A DNA stretch of 62,502 nt, filler included, from Dugesia japonica (GCA_001938525.1; 6 parts of 6 records of this genome joined end to end with filler, not necessarily neighbours in it); one strand, 5' to 3'; positions 24,291 through 37,589 are shown, counted from the first letter of the whole stretch. The notes: generated by a model not told the origin, from the sequence alone. Numbers and translations are program-made.

Positions 24291-25429
24291 TTCAGTTCTT
24301 TTTAGTGGTCAAGCAAAATTTGTGTGCAATTACGTAAATTTAATCGTATTTTGAAAAGTTAGCCGAATTATTTTCAAATTTTATGGATTTTAGTTGGGAA
24401 ATTTTTTGAGGCTTATAAAGCGACAGTATTTTTTAGCGTTTTAGTTGGTAATTTTTCACAGGAATCCGGATGAACAGCCCAATCTTTCTCTCGGGATTGT
24501 TGAATTGCTCAAATGTTTTCTTGGTTTCAGCTGATTCGGTCAAATTTTCATCGCTTTCGGTGCAATTTGGATGAATTTTTCCTCGAAGAGTTCGAATCAG
24601 GTATATTTCTGCATGGTTTTAGGTATTTTTATAATATTTTGGGTGATAATTTGCTCTGTGATCGTCGAATCTGAACAATATTGGTCAATTTGAGGTGAAT
24701 TTGGTTGATAATTTACTCGGTGATGTCAGTCTACTTTTATGTGATTTTCATGCAAATTTGGTTGATAGTTTCCTCAGGCTGGTCAATTTGAGTAATTTTC
24801 AGTCGTATCAGGTCTATTATGGGCATTTTAAAATAATTTTTAGATGATTCAATAAATGTTTTCCTCTAATTTGTCAGTTTTAGCTGATTGTGGTCAATTA
24901 TTTCCTCTGAAAAGTTGACGTTTTGGGCTATTTGGTCAACGATTTCCTTGGGCTTGTTACTTTTTGTTTATTTTTGGCTTATTTTTATTGAGTTTAGGTA
25001 CTTTTCGCTTATTTTCATCTGGAATTTCCTCGGTATGATCAGTTTGGGATTATTTTTTAACCATTCTTAATCAATCATTTACTCACAATGATTTTTTTAG
25101 GTGAATATGAGTGATAATTTCCTCGGTGTAATAAACCAAAGTTTGAACTTATAAGCTTAAACTTAAATTCAATTTTAACTTTTTTAACAAAGTAATTTGC
25201 AGATACTTTTTTCTATGATTGATGATTGATGAGAAAGCATCAAATAATTATTGCTAATGGTAATGTGATATTTCATTTTAATTAACTATTTTTCCATAAA
25301 TCTTGCATTAATATTTAATTATTTTACCTGTTTTATATTTTAATGCTAATTTTAAAATTAAATTAGATTTCGTGTGTGTTTTTAATTCATGTTTAATTTA
25401 TAATACGAAATTTTTATTAAGCATTAGAT

Positions 25430-28221
25430 CAGCGTTTCCCAAATTGGGTTCCACAGAACCTTAAGGTTCCATGAAGCACAAATAAGGGTTCCGCCAGATA
25501 ATTTTAAAATAGGAGAATATAAGTTAGTTTCACTATAGAGATTTTTTTAAAAAATTTACAAATTTTAATTTTCAAATAATTCTTATTAAAATGCACTGTA
25601 TTTGCAAGACAAATGCTAGATTTATTTGTAATATATAGTAAGTGTTAATTATTTTTGTTACTATAGCAACTGGTATATTCAAAAAAGTTCTTTAATAGTT
25701 TATTTTAAAAAATTTAATAAATAAACATAGTTAAATAAAGTTAGTGTTCTCAATGGAATGTGTCCAAGTCTGCTTATTTTAAAAAAAATTGTAAGTACAT
25801 ATGTATTTGTAATATTGAAATTTTTATCAATAATTAAATTAATTTCAATATTATTTAAGCAATTTTTTGTTNATTATCTACAAATTATATTTGACTTCGA
25901 AGACAATTCAGTTATATTCTAATAAGAAATTTGTAAATATATATTTCTGCTTATTATATTTTAATAAATAATTATTCAATTAATTAAAATATTAGCTAAA
26001 CAACGTTTTGAGTAAATTACAAATAATATGACTTCGTATTAATTATTAACATTTAGATTTACCATGAATTTGGAAAAATTGGCTAAAAGCTTGATCTTCA
26101 AATAAAAAAAGAAACTTCTTCCACATCTAAGGAAGTGGACAAAGGCTTCCTTTGGTTAATCAAGAAGAAATCTCTTTTGAAAAGTTTATATTATCACAAT
26201 TCAAATATATGGATATAGATGGCCAATCAAAGAAAAATAGAAATATATCCAGTACTAGTGAATCTTCTTCTAATACTAAAAAACGCAAATACGATATCAG
26301 CTATTTTTCATTACGTTTTATGACAACTGGAAATGAAGTTTATCCAGACGCACTGTGTCTATGTTGCAGTAAAATATTAGCCAATAGTTCCTTAGCACCT
26401 GCCAAATTACGTCTTCATTTTGAAATGAATCATTTTGGATATAAAGGTAAAGAAATTGCTTTTTTAAAACGAAAACTGGAAGAATATAACAAATATAAAA
26501 TTTTTATTACAAAATCATTTAAAACCGACAATGAAAATATCACAGAGGCTTCTTACAGAGTAATTTATTGCATAGCGCTTGCAAGAGAAGCTCACACTAT
26601 TGGCGAAACATTGATAAAAAACCATGTGCAAAAGATATTATTTCGTGTATGCTAAGTGATGAGTCAAGTAGAAAAGTAAAGGCTGTTTCACTTTCAAATA
26701 ACACCGTTTCTCGACGCATTAAAGATATTGTTAAAGATATCGAACTAGAACTCATTTCTCGACTATATAAATGTGATGCATACTCATTGCAATTGGAAAA
26801 ATCTACAGATGTTGCAGGCATAGAAACATTGCTAGTTTTTATGCGCTATGATTTCAATAAAGTTATTGAAGAAGATTTGTTTTTGTGCGAAAGTTTACAA
26901 GAAAGTGGCACACGTGGAAATAATTTTAACAGTATCAATCATTTCATGAATAGACATGTTATACATGGAAATAAGTGTATTAACGTGTGCAGTAATGGCG
27001 CCAAGGCTATGGTAGGAAAAATTGCTGGTGCTGTAGCACGCATAAAGATTGTAGCAAAGAATTGCACCAGCAGTTACTTCATTCTTCACAGACATGCATT
27101 GATTGCTAAACGTATATCAACTTCATTTAAAACCGTCAATGCAAATTATAAATTTCGTTAAAAGTCATCAATTACAATCATGCCTTTTTGAAATTTTTTG
27201 TGAAGATATGGGTAGTAATCATGCAACTCTTCTGTTGCATACAGAAGTCCCTTGGTTATCTCGAGGTAAGATCCTCGTTAGATTATTTGAATTACGGCAA
27301 GAGCTTACGATATATTTTATGGGTGGCAAATTTAAATTACTTGATCGATTGACAAATACTATATGGCTATACAAAATTGCTTATCTTGCAGATATATTTA
27401 CTAAATTAAATGAAATATGTTTGTCACTGCAAGGAAAAAATGTAAACATTTTCAATACGAAAGATAAAATATTATCATTGTCTAGTAAGTTGGACTTTTG
27501 GATTTCAGCAAAATAATTTGGACTGTTTTCCAACACTTAATAATTTTTTATTAGAAACGAAACAACTTGAACTAGAAATTCAAACCGACATCGTAAATCA
27601 TCTTTACCACTTAAAAATATCCATCAATCAGTATTTTTCATTTTTAAATAAGAACAGATATAGCTGGGTTCAAAATCCATTCATTCATGCACCAGAAAAA
27701 CCAATTGAATTTTCTGCTGCGGATTTTGAAAAGTTGATTGAAATTATTTCCGATAGCCACTTAATTCCTTAATTCCACTGATTATTTTTGGTGTAAATTA
27801 TCTGAAGAATATTCAAAATTATCGAAACATGCAAGCCGTATATTGTTAACATTTCCGACTACATATTTATGCGAGACAGGATTTTCACTCTATTCGGCAA
27901 CTAAAATAAAGTATCAGCATCGTCTTGACGCTGCACTAGATATGAAAATTTAATTATCGTCTATCACGCCGAATATAAAGAAAATTTTCTTAAAAAAATT
28001 GTTCATTCTTCACATTAAAATTTATGTTATTTATCATGATACTACAAGTTTGAAGTTTTAAAAATTAAATATATAATTTGATAAAAAACAAAACTTTTGA
28101 TTGCTGGTAATAGACGGTATCAACTTAAATTCATTCTGTTGGATTTTAATTTTTTTAACATTATTTGGGGTTTAAAATGTTAAGTAAGAGTTAAATGAGG
28201 AAAAAAAATTGGGAAACGCTG
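25430..28221 (+). mobile_element. Full-length hAT (Buster-type) transposon
   Basis: 13-bp TIR CAGCGTTTCCCAA/TTGGGAAACGCTG and exact 8-bp TSD CATTAGAT with central TA. Confidence 0.95.
26152..28018 (+). pseudogene. Buster/ZBED5-like hAT transposase, frameshifted
   Basis: BED-like CLCC..KLRLHF, LSNNTVSRRI, LEKSTDV, HTEVPWLSRG and YLCETGFS, spread over several ORF pieces. Confidence 0.92.
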
Positions 28222-29039
28222 CATTAGATAAATTCAAATAATTTCTAAATATTTATTGAAAATAAAAAATTGAAATAATTTGTAAGTATTCATTAAAAAT
28301 AACCCATATAATTGATTGAATTAATAATTTTCAAATAACTATGAGAAAAAGTACTTAAAAGAATTATTTTAAGTGTAAAATACTATAACTTTAGACTTTT
28401 TTAAATAAGAAGCGAAATTTAAGCTTTTACAATTATAAAGATGAATAACCTTTACAATTTATGGTTTCCCATTCAGTAAATACTAAATTAAATAATGGTA
28501 ATTCTAAAGTTAAAATTTAATTAATCAATTAATGATAATGTTTATTTTCAATTCGAATATTACAATTTTTATTCGTGTGTTACAATTTCTTGATGTATTG
28601 AATTTATAAGATGAATTAAATATTCTGGATATGTTTAACTATAATTTTACTTTGATTAAATAAAATTTCTATGAATATTTAATTAATTTAAAAGATTAAT
28701 AATAGGTTCATAAACAATTAGTTAGAATGATTGAAATAGTAAATGATTTGAATGGTTAATTGAACACGTTTAAACTAACAAAAGCTTTAGAAAAACAAAA
28801 TCAAATTATTAATACTCGATATTCCTTGTGGAGAATATTAAAATTTGAATTCAATGTTTTTTCTAAGTAATTATCTGAATAAATTAATGGGTTATAAATC
28901 TTGACAGTATTAGAATCTTTATTTCCCATGTATTCTTTTCATGGTTGAAGTTAGAATGCCACATGAGTGGTATTACTATTGCTCATCTTGTATTTGTACT
29001 GATGAACAGAATATTTTACATTGAAATTAACACCTGAAA

Positions 29040-29260
29040 GAAGCGAGTATTATGTATTAACACTGGATGATAGTGAATATTGTACAGTTTGTATGTTAAG
29101 AGTTGTTGATATTGAGTATTGTGTATGTTAATACTAGATGATAGCAAGTATTGTTCATGTTAAAAGCTGTTGATATTGAGTATTATGTATGTTAAGACTT
29201 GATGATAGCGTGAGTTGTGAACTATGTATTAAAACTTATGATAGCGAATATTATACTAAG
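29040..29260. repeat. Degenerate ~30-35 bp minisatellite
   Basis: Repeated GAGTATTATGTATGTTAA.ACT.GATGATAG-like units. Confidence 0.7.
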
Positions 29261-29621
29261 TATAATTAATTGATTCACATTATATTGAATGAACCTATAT
29301 TTTCAAAGGATTTTATGATATAAAAGTAAAACTACGTGAACAATCGACTGGATTCTTTGGTTTGATTGAGTGAACAATTGGTGCATTGTATGAGTAATAG
29401 AGTATCATTATGATAAACCCATAGAAAATTAAAATCTAGCTGTTTTTGGAATATTATGGAATAGTATGATGAAAAAATGTAAAGATTTTTTACTAGTTCT
29501 ATAAAATTTTGTAGAAATTTTCAGTGATGATAAAAAGATTCGTGTCATTTTCCAATGATGTTTTAAATGTTCACGTAAATTTCAGATAAAATTATTTGAC
29601 TTCAAGTAAATTTAATAATAC

Positions 29622-29696
29622 TGTTGGGGTGAAACACCCATTTATTCATAAAATAAATCGATGGAAGAAATAAGGTAAAAGGAAAAGCAATAATAN
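29622..29696 (+). mobile_element. 5' terminus of another giant-LTR copy, cut by gap
   Basis: TGTTGGGGTGAAACACCCA matches the reverse complement of 18555-18573 at 18/19. Confidence 0.6.
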
Positions 29697-29990
29697 NNNN
29701 NNNNNNNNNNNNNNNNNNNNNNNNNNNNNNNNNNNNNNNTTAATTAATTAANNNNNNNNNNNNNNNNNNNNNNNNNNNNNNNNNNNNNNNNNNNNTTCCA
29801 TTCTTAGGACATATTGTCGAGGTTTCTTCCAAGTATTAAATCGGAAAAGATGAGATGAAAAATTAATCAAATGGGCTCTGTAATTAATATTTGACAACAT
29901 TATGTGATTACAATAGTAATTTATGAGGTTTTATACTCTCTCATATACTTTATATAAACAAACTCATTTCCATGGTTACTTTATTTAGAA

Positions 29991-30921
29991 ATGATATTAC
30001 AAAATAATGCAGTTTTTCAAATAGTTGGTCCCAGTGGCAGCGGTAAAACGTAATTTGTTTGCAAATCATTAGAAAGCAAGTTGTTTCGGTCAAAATTCAA
30101 ACATTACAGATACATTTTAACGTGTGTTGATGTATTTAGTCGGTATGCTTGTGCTGTTCCAATGAAACGGAAATCTGCTAAGGACATGCTGTTGGCGTTA
30201 ACGCGTATACTCAAAGATGTACATCCAAAAGCTATTNNNNNNNNNNNNNNNNNNNNNNNNNNNNNNNNNNNNNNNNNNNNNNNNNNTCATATACTTTATA
30301 TAAACAAACTCATTTCCATGGTTACTTTATTTAGAAATGTTATTACAAAATAATGCAGTTTTCCAAATAGTTTGCAAAGCAAGTTGTTTCAGACAAAATT
30401 CAAACATATCTATTGGTATCAAGGTGGTGGAGGTGAATCTGGATTGACTGGAGAAGGGATTTGTAAATTAAAACACATGACGATAATCAATAAATTTGAT
30501 GATGATTGGTACAAGCGATTGAATGCCGGAGATGTTATTGTAATCGATGACTTGTATCAAGAAGCAAATAAACAAATTGATTTTAATAATCTCTTTAAAA
30601 AACTGCTCGTCATATTAATGTAACTGTCATCTTCATAACTCAGAATCTTTTTCAACAAGGTGACATACATCGTACACGTAATTTAAATGTACACTATTTA
30701 GTTTTATTCAAGAATCCTAGAGACCAAACCGTTGTTGATTATGTTTCTCGTCAAGCATTTCCTCAACATAAAGGATTTTATCTGATGCGTTTCGCGATGT
30801 TACTACAAAAACACATGAATATTTATTCATCGATTTTACACAACAATGTTCTGATGATGAACTATTAAAAACCTATATATTCAATTTGCAAGGATTAACC
30901 GTGTACAAACCTTTGGTATAA
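29991..30921 (+). pseudogene. Polinton A32/FtsK-like packaging ATPase
   Basis: Walker A GPSGSGKT, Walker B VIVIDDL, FITQNLF, LFKNPRD, YLFIDF. Disrupted and partly duplicated. Confidence 0.88.
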
Positions 30922-30922
30922 A

Positions 30923-31753
30923 TGTTGGGGAACAACAAAATCAAAATTGATACTCACAGGCATACACAACAAACAACTCACATGCACACGTACAAAACAT
31001 AATATAAAACAATCAGAACATACAGCATCCCAACCAGCCAATATCAACCAATCAATCAACTCAAGACCAATACAATCATCAGAAATCTGAACTTTATTTG
31101 ATCTGATTATACTGATTTTACAACTTTAATTTGACTTTACTAATTGATTCTTATCAATCCTTGTGTGTACAAATTGTGAATCTTATTTATTTGATTGTAA
31201 AATTTTTATTTTTTATTTTTACTAATGCAAATAGTTAAATTACATCTATGCAAATAGTTAAAGTTTATTGATGTAAAATTTTTATGAAAATTTNNNNNNN
31301 NNNNNNNNNNNNNNNNNNNNNNNNNNNGAAAATTTATTTGAATAAATGGAAAATATTTATGTAAGTTCTATTTATTTTGTAAATTTTTCATGATAATCAC
31401 TTTAATTATACATGCTATAGTATTTGTATTTAGTATAAATAGTGATCGAAATTTTAGTCGATCACCCCTTTTGAGACTTACAACTTAAAGCTTTAAAAAT
31501 CTTAACGAACATTAGAATTTTTAATTGTAAAATATTTTGTCATTTAATTATAATTTTAAAAGTAAGTTTTGTTTATTACATCAGGATTACTATATAGCTT
31601 ATATATACTAGATCAATCTATTTATAATAAGCATATTAAGTCTTATAGGGAAANNNNNNNNNNNNNNNNNNNNNNGGATTATTTTAACTGATCTATTGCT
31701 AAACTCACTCAAAGTTGACTTATCTTGGCCAAATCCTCCAAGGTATTTCAACA
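30923..31753 (+). mobile_element. Solo LTR (~830 bp) inserted in the Polinton
   Basis: TGTTG...CAACA with exact 4-bp TSD TAAA and internal TAGTATAAATAG. Confidence 0.85.
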
Positions 31754-31825
31754 TAAACAAACTTAATAAAAGTTCAAATAAAGAAATGAATCGATTTTAA
31801 AAAGTTGTTATTAAACAAAAGGGTA

Positions 31826-32292
31826 ATGGTAAATTGTAATAATTTGAGACGATTTTCTCGAAGTATTCCATACTTTAAAGCAATTTTAAGGGCTCCGTCA
31901 AATTCTCGATGGCAGATGATTCATTCAATGCCGGCATTTGTATTGAACGATTTTATTAGTGTTTTGCAGCAAATTGTTTTGGATCAAGTCGATCTAGTTC
32001 GGAGTAGCGGAAAATATCGATTGAGGAAGTATCAAGAAACTCTTGTAGATATGGCGAAAGCAATGAATTTTGCGGCAAAGAAACGAATACTTGAAAGACA
32101 TTTTGATATACAAAATGAAAACAAGAAGTAGNGAAACAAACAGGTTTATTACGGTTCAACGAGACAAAATGGAAATATATTTATTTGGGCAGCACTTTTA
32201 CCAATTCTTAGTCTGTTAGGTAAAGCTGCTGCAACTGGTGCAGTTGGTGCTGCCACAGAATATGCTACAAGAAAAGTTATTGAATCTGTATA
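31826..32292 (+). pseudogene. Small basic Polinton protein with hydrophobic Ala/Gly-rich tail
   Basis: Basic helical ORF that continues after a break as QNGNIFIWAALLPILSLLGKAAATGAVGAA. Resembles the QxGG-FL..LLP small proteins of Polintons. Confidence 0.55.
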
Positions 32293-32387
32293 AGCGATCA
32301 GACATATAATTTTGTTATCGTTCTAAATGGGTGTGGCACCCTCAAATATATCAAATATTGAATTAAATATTCGTTGCTGTATTTCGA

Positions 32388-33400
32388 GTGATCAAGTTGA
32401 TGGAACAAATATGGTACAATCCAAAAGATCCAGTCGGATACACAGATATTTCAAAGCTTGCAAGTGGTGCAAATGTTTCAGTAAAAGAGACGAAGAAATG
32501 GTTAGGCAATCAACTGGCATACAGTTTGAATAAACCAATGCAAAAACGGTTTCCAACTCGAAAATACAATGTTTCTGGTGTTAATAAATTATGGCAAATG
32601 GATTTGATGGAAATGATCCCATATGCAAGCATAACTAATGGTTACAGATATATTTTGTCGTGTGTTGATGTATTTAGTCAGTATGTTCGTGCTTTATATG
32701 CTGTCGGCTTTAACGCGTATAATCAAAGATGTAATTCCAAAAGTTATTCAAACGGATTTGGGTAAAGAATTTTATAATACCCAGGATAAATCATTATTCA
32801 AACAATATGGAATACTGCATTATTAAGTGTTTTCTCAATACAAGCCTGCTTTAGTTGAACGATTTAATCGTACTTTACGCACTCGACTAAACAAGTTTTT
32901 TACCAAACAAGAAAATGAAAGGTGGATACATGTTTTACCTGATAAAATTTATGCATACAATCATTCTAAACACAGAGGTCTTGGAAAAGGAGGAAAGAAA
33001 CCAGTTGATGTTACAGATGGTGATGATGATACACAATATTTCATCATTAATAGACCAAAGCCGAAATATAAAATTGGTCTGCATATACAAATTTCTCGAA
33101 TTAGTACTACACCATTTATTAAAAACTTTGATAATAACTTGAGTGATGAAGTTTTTAAAATCTCGGAAATTAACTCGAGGCAAACACCAGTCATGTATGT
33201 AATACGTGATGATGATGATGACAATATTTTTCAAGGCAAATTTTATGAGCAGGAATTACAAGTATTTCCGGAAAAACTAAGTATATATCGAATCAAATCA
33301 ATTCTAAAAAACAAAGGTCAAGGACAATATAAACAATATTTAGTTTAATGGCATGAGTATTCAAAGCCTACGAGATTCAAGCATCTTAAATCCAATAATG
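32388..33400 (+). pseudogene. Polinton retroviral-type integrase with chromodomain-like C-terminus
   Basis: WYNPKDP, WQMDLMEM, CVDVFS, QTDLGKEF, VERFNRTL, GKFYEQEL, QYLV*W. Confidence 0.93.
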
Positions 33401-34726
33401 AGTTTCTATACGGTTTTGCTGAGCAATAGTAGCCCAAGAACTTGNNCTGATAATAATGCGAGCAAGTATTTGGTTGACTATGAGAATGCCATCAATTTAA
33501 AAGATGACCATTGGGAAGTTGCCTTGACAGAATTTTTTTTCAATTCTTGTCCGCAGACTATACGGAAAGGTTTAAAAATTGAATATAAAATAAGAGAAGT
33601 GGAGGAAATTGAAGATAAATTTCAATTAAGTATTGTAAATGGTAGTCTTCAACTTAATAATACCGTCTCTATCAATAAATATAATTGGTATATATTTTAC
33701 GAACAAAAAAAGGTAATATTAAAAACAGATTGTCAAGTAGAAATGGAGTTTAACTCGTTATCAGATGCTAAAGTTTTTGGATTCTATTCAATCAATACCA
33801 AAAATAAAAAGCTGTTAGTTTCAGTTATTGAATCTGATAAGCAGTTGATTCTGGAAAATATTCCACCAATATCTTTAAAATTAAAGTTTAATACTATTGA
33901 GGAAGGAAAGGCTAGAATAAAGGAAATTGAAGAAAATGTAAATGTTGAGATTAAAAATGGAAAACCTNNNNNNNNNNNNNNNNNAAAATAAAACTAATTG
34001 CAAAATCAGTATTAATGCTGAAAAGAAAATAATTATCAAATCTGATTGCAATACGGAATTGGAGTTTAATTCATTGTTTGATGCTCGGTTACTAGGGTTT
34101 AATTCGTAAAAGACGAAAAACTTATTGAATCAGATACCCAAATGTTGGTTAATATTACTAAAACTGGTGTTAAATTAAAATTTACTGAAATCAAAACAGA
34201 AATAAATTCTTTTGAATTTGAAAATGATTTAATGGTTACAGATCTGGATAATCTGGTTATATCATATATAAAATTATGCCATAAAATATTTAAAGAATTT
34301 GTTATAGATTCAAAATTTGGACTGGTCATGTTTAAATTACTTGATAATGCTGAATATGTATCATTTGATGAGAGTCTTTCACTAATACTCGGTCTTCCTT
34401 CTGCAAAATTCTACCAGTCTACAGAACAAGTAAAGGGTTTGCATAAAACCTTATTACAGGATGGTATCAGACAACTATATATTTACTCATCGATAATCGA
34501 TCCCATTCTTGTTAGTGATGTACGCGTGCCACTTTTAAGGAGTATATGGATTGACAGTTACAAGCATTCGTTTGGTGATGTTTTTTATGTAAAACTTGAA
34601 AATCCAAGATATTTACCTGTATCATCAACTTCAATCAACAAAATTGAAGTAAACATACGTGATGATGCGGGAAGATTGATTGATTTCCCATATGGATCAA
34701 AAACAAGTTTAACTCTACACTTTTGA
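33398..34726 (+). pseudogene. Polinton minor capsid (penton-like) protein with long insert
   Basis: N-terminal FYTVLLSNSS..WEVALTE. C-terminal LYIYSSII..VPLLRSI..YLPV..IEVNIRDDAG..LTLHF. Confidence 0.85.
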
Positions 34727-34765
34727 CAAGTATAAACAATTTGATTACAAATTGATTCATTACTG

Positions 34766-35150
34766 AAATGGTTGATCGAGCAATTACCGCAATGTATTGT
34801 CGTCCATAAATGGGTGGAGACTTGCCATATTTTATCGGTAGTCAACAACAAGGTGGTGGAAATTGGTTACATAGAANNNNNNNNNNNNNNNTTCCAATTT
34901 TACAGAAATTTGGACTTCCAATTGCAATGTCAGTGAGGTGAGCAGCACTAAAAACTGTTGATAGTGTTATAGGCAAAAAACAGTCATTTAAGGATTCAAT
35001 AAAAAACAAAGCAATGAATTTTTTGCCGGATGTGAAGCAAAATACCATTAATGCAATAAAGGAAGTTGTTGGTGGACAGCATGGTAGTGGAATACGTAAA
35101 CGGGAAAATAAAAAAACATCGAATATAAACAAAAGACGACGATTAGATTG
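34766..35150 (+). pseudogene. Polinton PZ-like core/membrane-penetration protein
   Basis: GGDLPYFIGSQQQGGG...QHGSG followed by a basic tail. Lies between minor and major capsid genes. Confidence 0.6.
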
Positions 35151-35171
35151 GACCATCTTTGCAAAATAAGC

Positions 35172-36419
35172 ATGTACGCTGGAAAAATTGAATTATCGCT
35201 TTTTGACCATAATATACCACAGATTGTTGTTGAAAGCTCTACNNNNNNNNNNNNNNNNNGAAAAGACTCTACAACCGAGTATGCTGGACAACAAATTGAA
35301 TTCAATATTATTGGTTTAGATAATGATTACTTGGATTTGAATGATACGTTGCTTATTATTAAAATGAAGATGGTCAAGCATGATGAAACGGATTTCGCAT
35401 CAACTGATACTGCCAATATGATTCCTTCCAATTATTTGCTTCACACTCTATTCAAAGAACCATCATTATCACTAAATAATGTAAAGGTAGAAGAAACAAA
35501 TAATGCTTATATGCAAAAGGCGGTAATTGAAGCAGCATTGAATTTTGTATAAGATACAAAAGACACGTTTCTTGAAGCCATTGGTTATCATAAAGACGAT
35601 GACAAAAGAAAAGGTTGGATTAAAGCGTCTGCAAAGCTAACGCTCTGTGGTGCACTTAATTTAGATTTCTTTGACCAACCAAAGTATCTATTGCCGAGAG
35701 TTAATGTGACAATTAAGTTAACGAGAAATGTTGGTTCGGTAATTTACAAATATACCATGGGTACTGATACAGTTGAAATGAATCTACAATCATACATTAT
35801 AGAAGCAAAATTAGTAGTGTGACGTGTTTGTGTTGATCAGTCGGTTATGATTGGACATCGTCAAGGATTGGAGCATCAAAATGCAATTTACCCTTTCCAG
35901 AAAACAAAGATCGTGCATTTTACAATTCCTAAAAACTTGTATGGAGAATATAAAGATAATCTCTTTTCCGATGAACGATTACCGAAATTTGTTTTAATTG
36001 ATTTTCAATCATCAAAACAAGCAAGTGGTGATTACGGCTTATTTTGCTGGACATTCTCAAATTTCGGTGTAAAGTCAATATGCTTGGCAAGAAACGTTGA
36101 TTATCGTAAAACATATACTACTGACTTTGATACCGACTATACTGAGGCATATATGCAATCGATTATTCGCAACATGGGTCTGTTAAATGTAGATCAAAAC
36201 AATGGTATTACTAGTAAGGAATTTAAAGATTTCTATACGTTTTTTACCTTTGTGTTGGCTCCAGACTTTGCAGTTGATCAACCGCAATTGCCAAAAACCG
36301 GAAATCTGAAGTTGGATGTGCGATTCCATAAAGCCTTGACAAAATCAGTGACTATGTATGCATATGGAGTTTTTGATTTGGAAATTAAAATCCCCAAGAA
36401 TGGAGTAGTAATTTTATAA
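35172..36419 (+). pseudogene. Polinton major capsid protein (double jelly-roll, hexon-like)
   Basis: ELSLF, IEFNI..YLDLNDT, NYLLHTLF, DFFDQPKYLLP, LPKFVLI, GNLKLDVRF. Internal stops. Confidence 0.9.
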
Positions 36420-36498
36420 ACAATTCGTTTATCCATGTATGTATGTATTGAATAGCATGAAGTAGGAATTGCTTTTATAAAGAGAATTTTATTGATTA

Positions 36499-36746
36499 AT
36501 AGTACTTTTTAGATTGAAACAATATTGAAACATGAATTGTGTAGTAGGCGATTCAAAGGAGTGTATTCATTAGAACGTGTGCCAGACCTATTACAAAATG
36601 GATCTTATGTAATCAATACACATACATCGAATTTAGATGGTGAGCATTGAATTGCTATTCATGCCAAATCAAATATTATTCGTGTATTTGATCCAATGGG
36701 TATGTTTTATCCACCATTGTTGGTAACAAAATTGTAGCGGATCCAG
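36499..36746 (+). pseudogene. Adenain-type cysteine protease (N-terminal part)
   Basis: FKGVYS..YVINT..DGEH*IAI..VFDPMG supplies catalytic His and Asp. The Cys region falls in an N gap. Confidence 0.8.
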
Positions 36747-36914
36747 NNNNNNNNNNNNNNNNNNNNNNNNNNNNNNNNNNNNNNNNNNNNNNNNNNNNNN
36801 NNNNNNNNNNNNNNNNNNNNNNNNNNNNNNNNNNNNNNNNNNNNNNNNNNNNNNNNNNNNNNNNNNNNNNNNNNNNNNNNNNNNNNNNNNNNNNNNNNNN
36901 NNNNNNNNNNNNNN

Positions 36915-37265
36915 AGATAACGATGGTAATTATTTAATTAAAGAATTGTGTATAATGGATGTGAATAATATTCTCAAACCATTCTATTTTATGTTTACAA
37001 TGACTGAATCAATCGGAAGTTTTTCGAAACGAACTCAAACAACCAATGAGTATTTGAGACTTTGTCATCATCATTTTAGATGAATTGATGGTGACTGCCA
37101 ATTCGATCCAACTCATATTCTCAATGACTTGCAAGCAATTTCTAATGATGAATTGTTTTATGTGCTTGATCATGTTAATGGAAAGAAAATCAACACTCTA
37201 AAACACTTTTTCCCGAGTCTTGGATTAGTCAATTATAATATAAACGATTATGAGCAATTGTCTAT
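36915..37265 (+). pseudogene. Polinton-associated DEDD-exonuclease-like ORF fragment
   Basis: YLIKELCI..F.F..TNEYL..HHHFR*IDG resembles a recurrent small Polinton ORF (from recall, not searched). Confidence 0.4.
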
Positions 37266-37589
37266 ANNNNNNNNNNNNNNNNNNNNNNNNNNNNNNNNNN
37301 NNNNNNNNNNNNNNNNNNNNNNNNNNNNNNNNNNNNNNNNNNNNNNNNNNNNNNNNNNNNNNNNNNNNNNNNNNNNNNNNNNNNNNNNNNNNNNNNNNNN
37401 NNNNNNNNNNNNNNTGTATCACTTGACAAGTAAATTATTAATATTATATAATTTCATGCCAAATGCGAAAAAACTAAATTTCTGTGGTTAAAAAATAATA
37501 AAAATATAAAAATCAATTTTTAATTTAATGTGTGAAAATTGACAGCACAGGTGTAAATTTAAAACCACAGATATCATTGTTTACTGTTT

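Larger units (their letters stand above)
29991..37265 (+). mobile_element. Polinton/Maverick (adintovirus-like) morphogenesis and integrase gene block
   Basis: Co-oriented ATPase, integrase, minor capsid, major capsid and adenain-type protease. Confidence 0.93.

Noticed and set aside
20437-36114. Short ORFs antisense or off-frame to pol, transposase and capsid genes (e.g. 20437, 21165, 26597, 32935, 35929)
   Set aside because: Shadow frames of recognisable TE genes.
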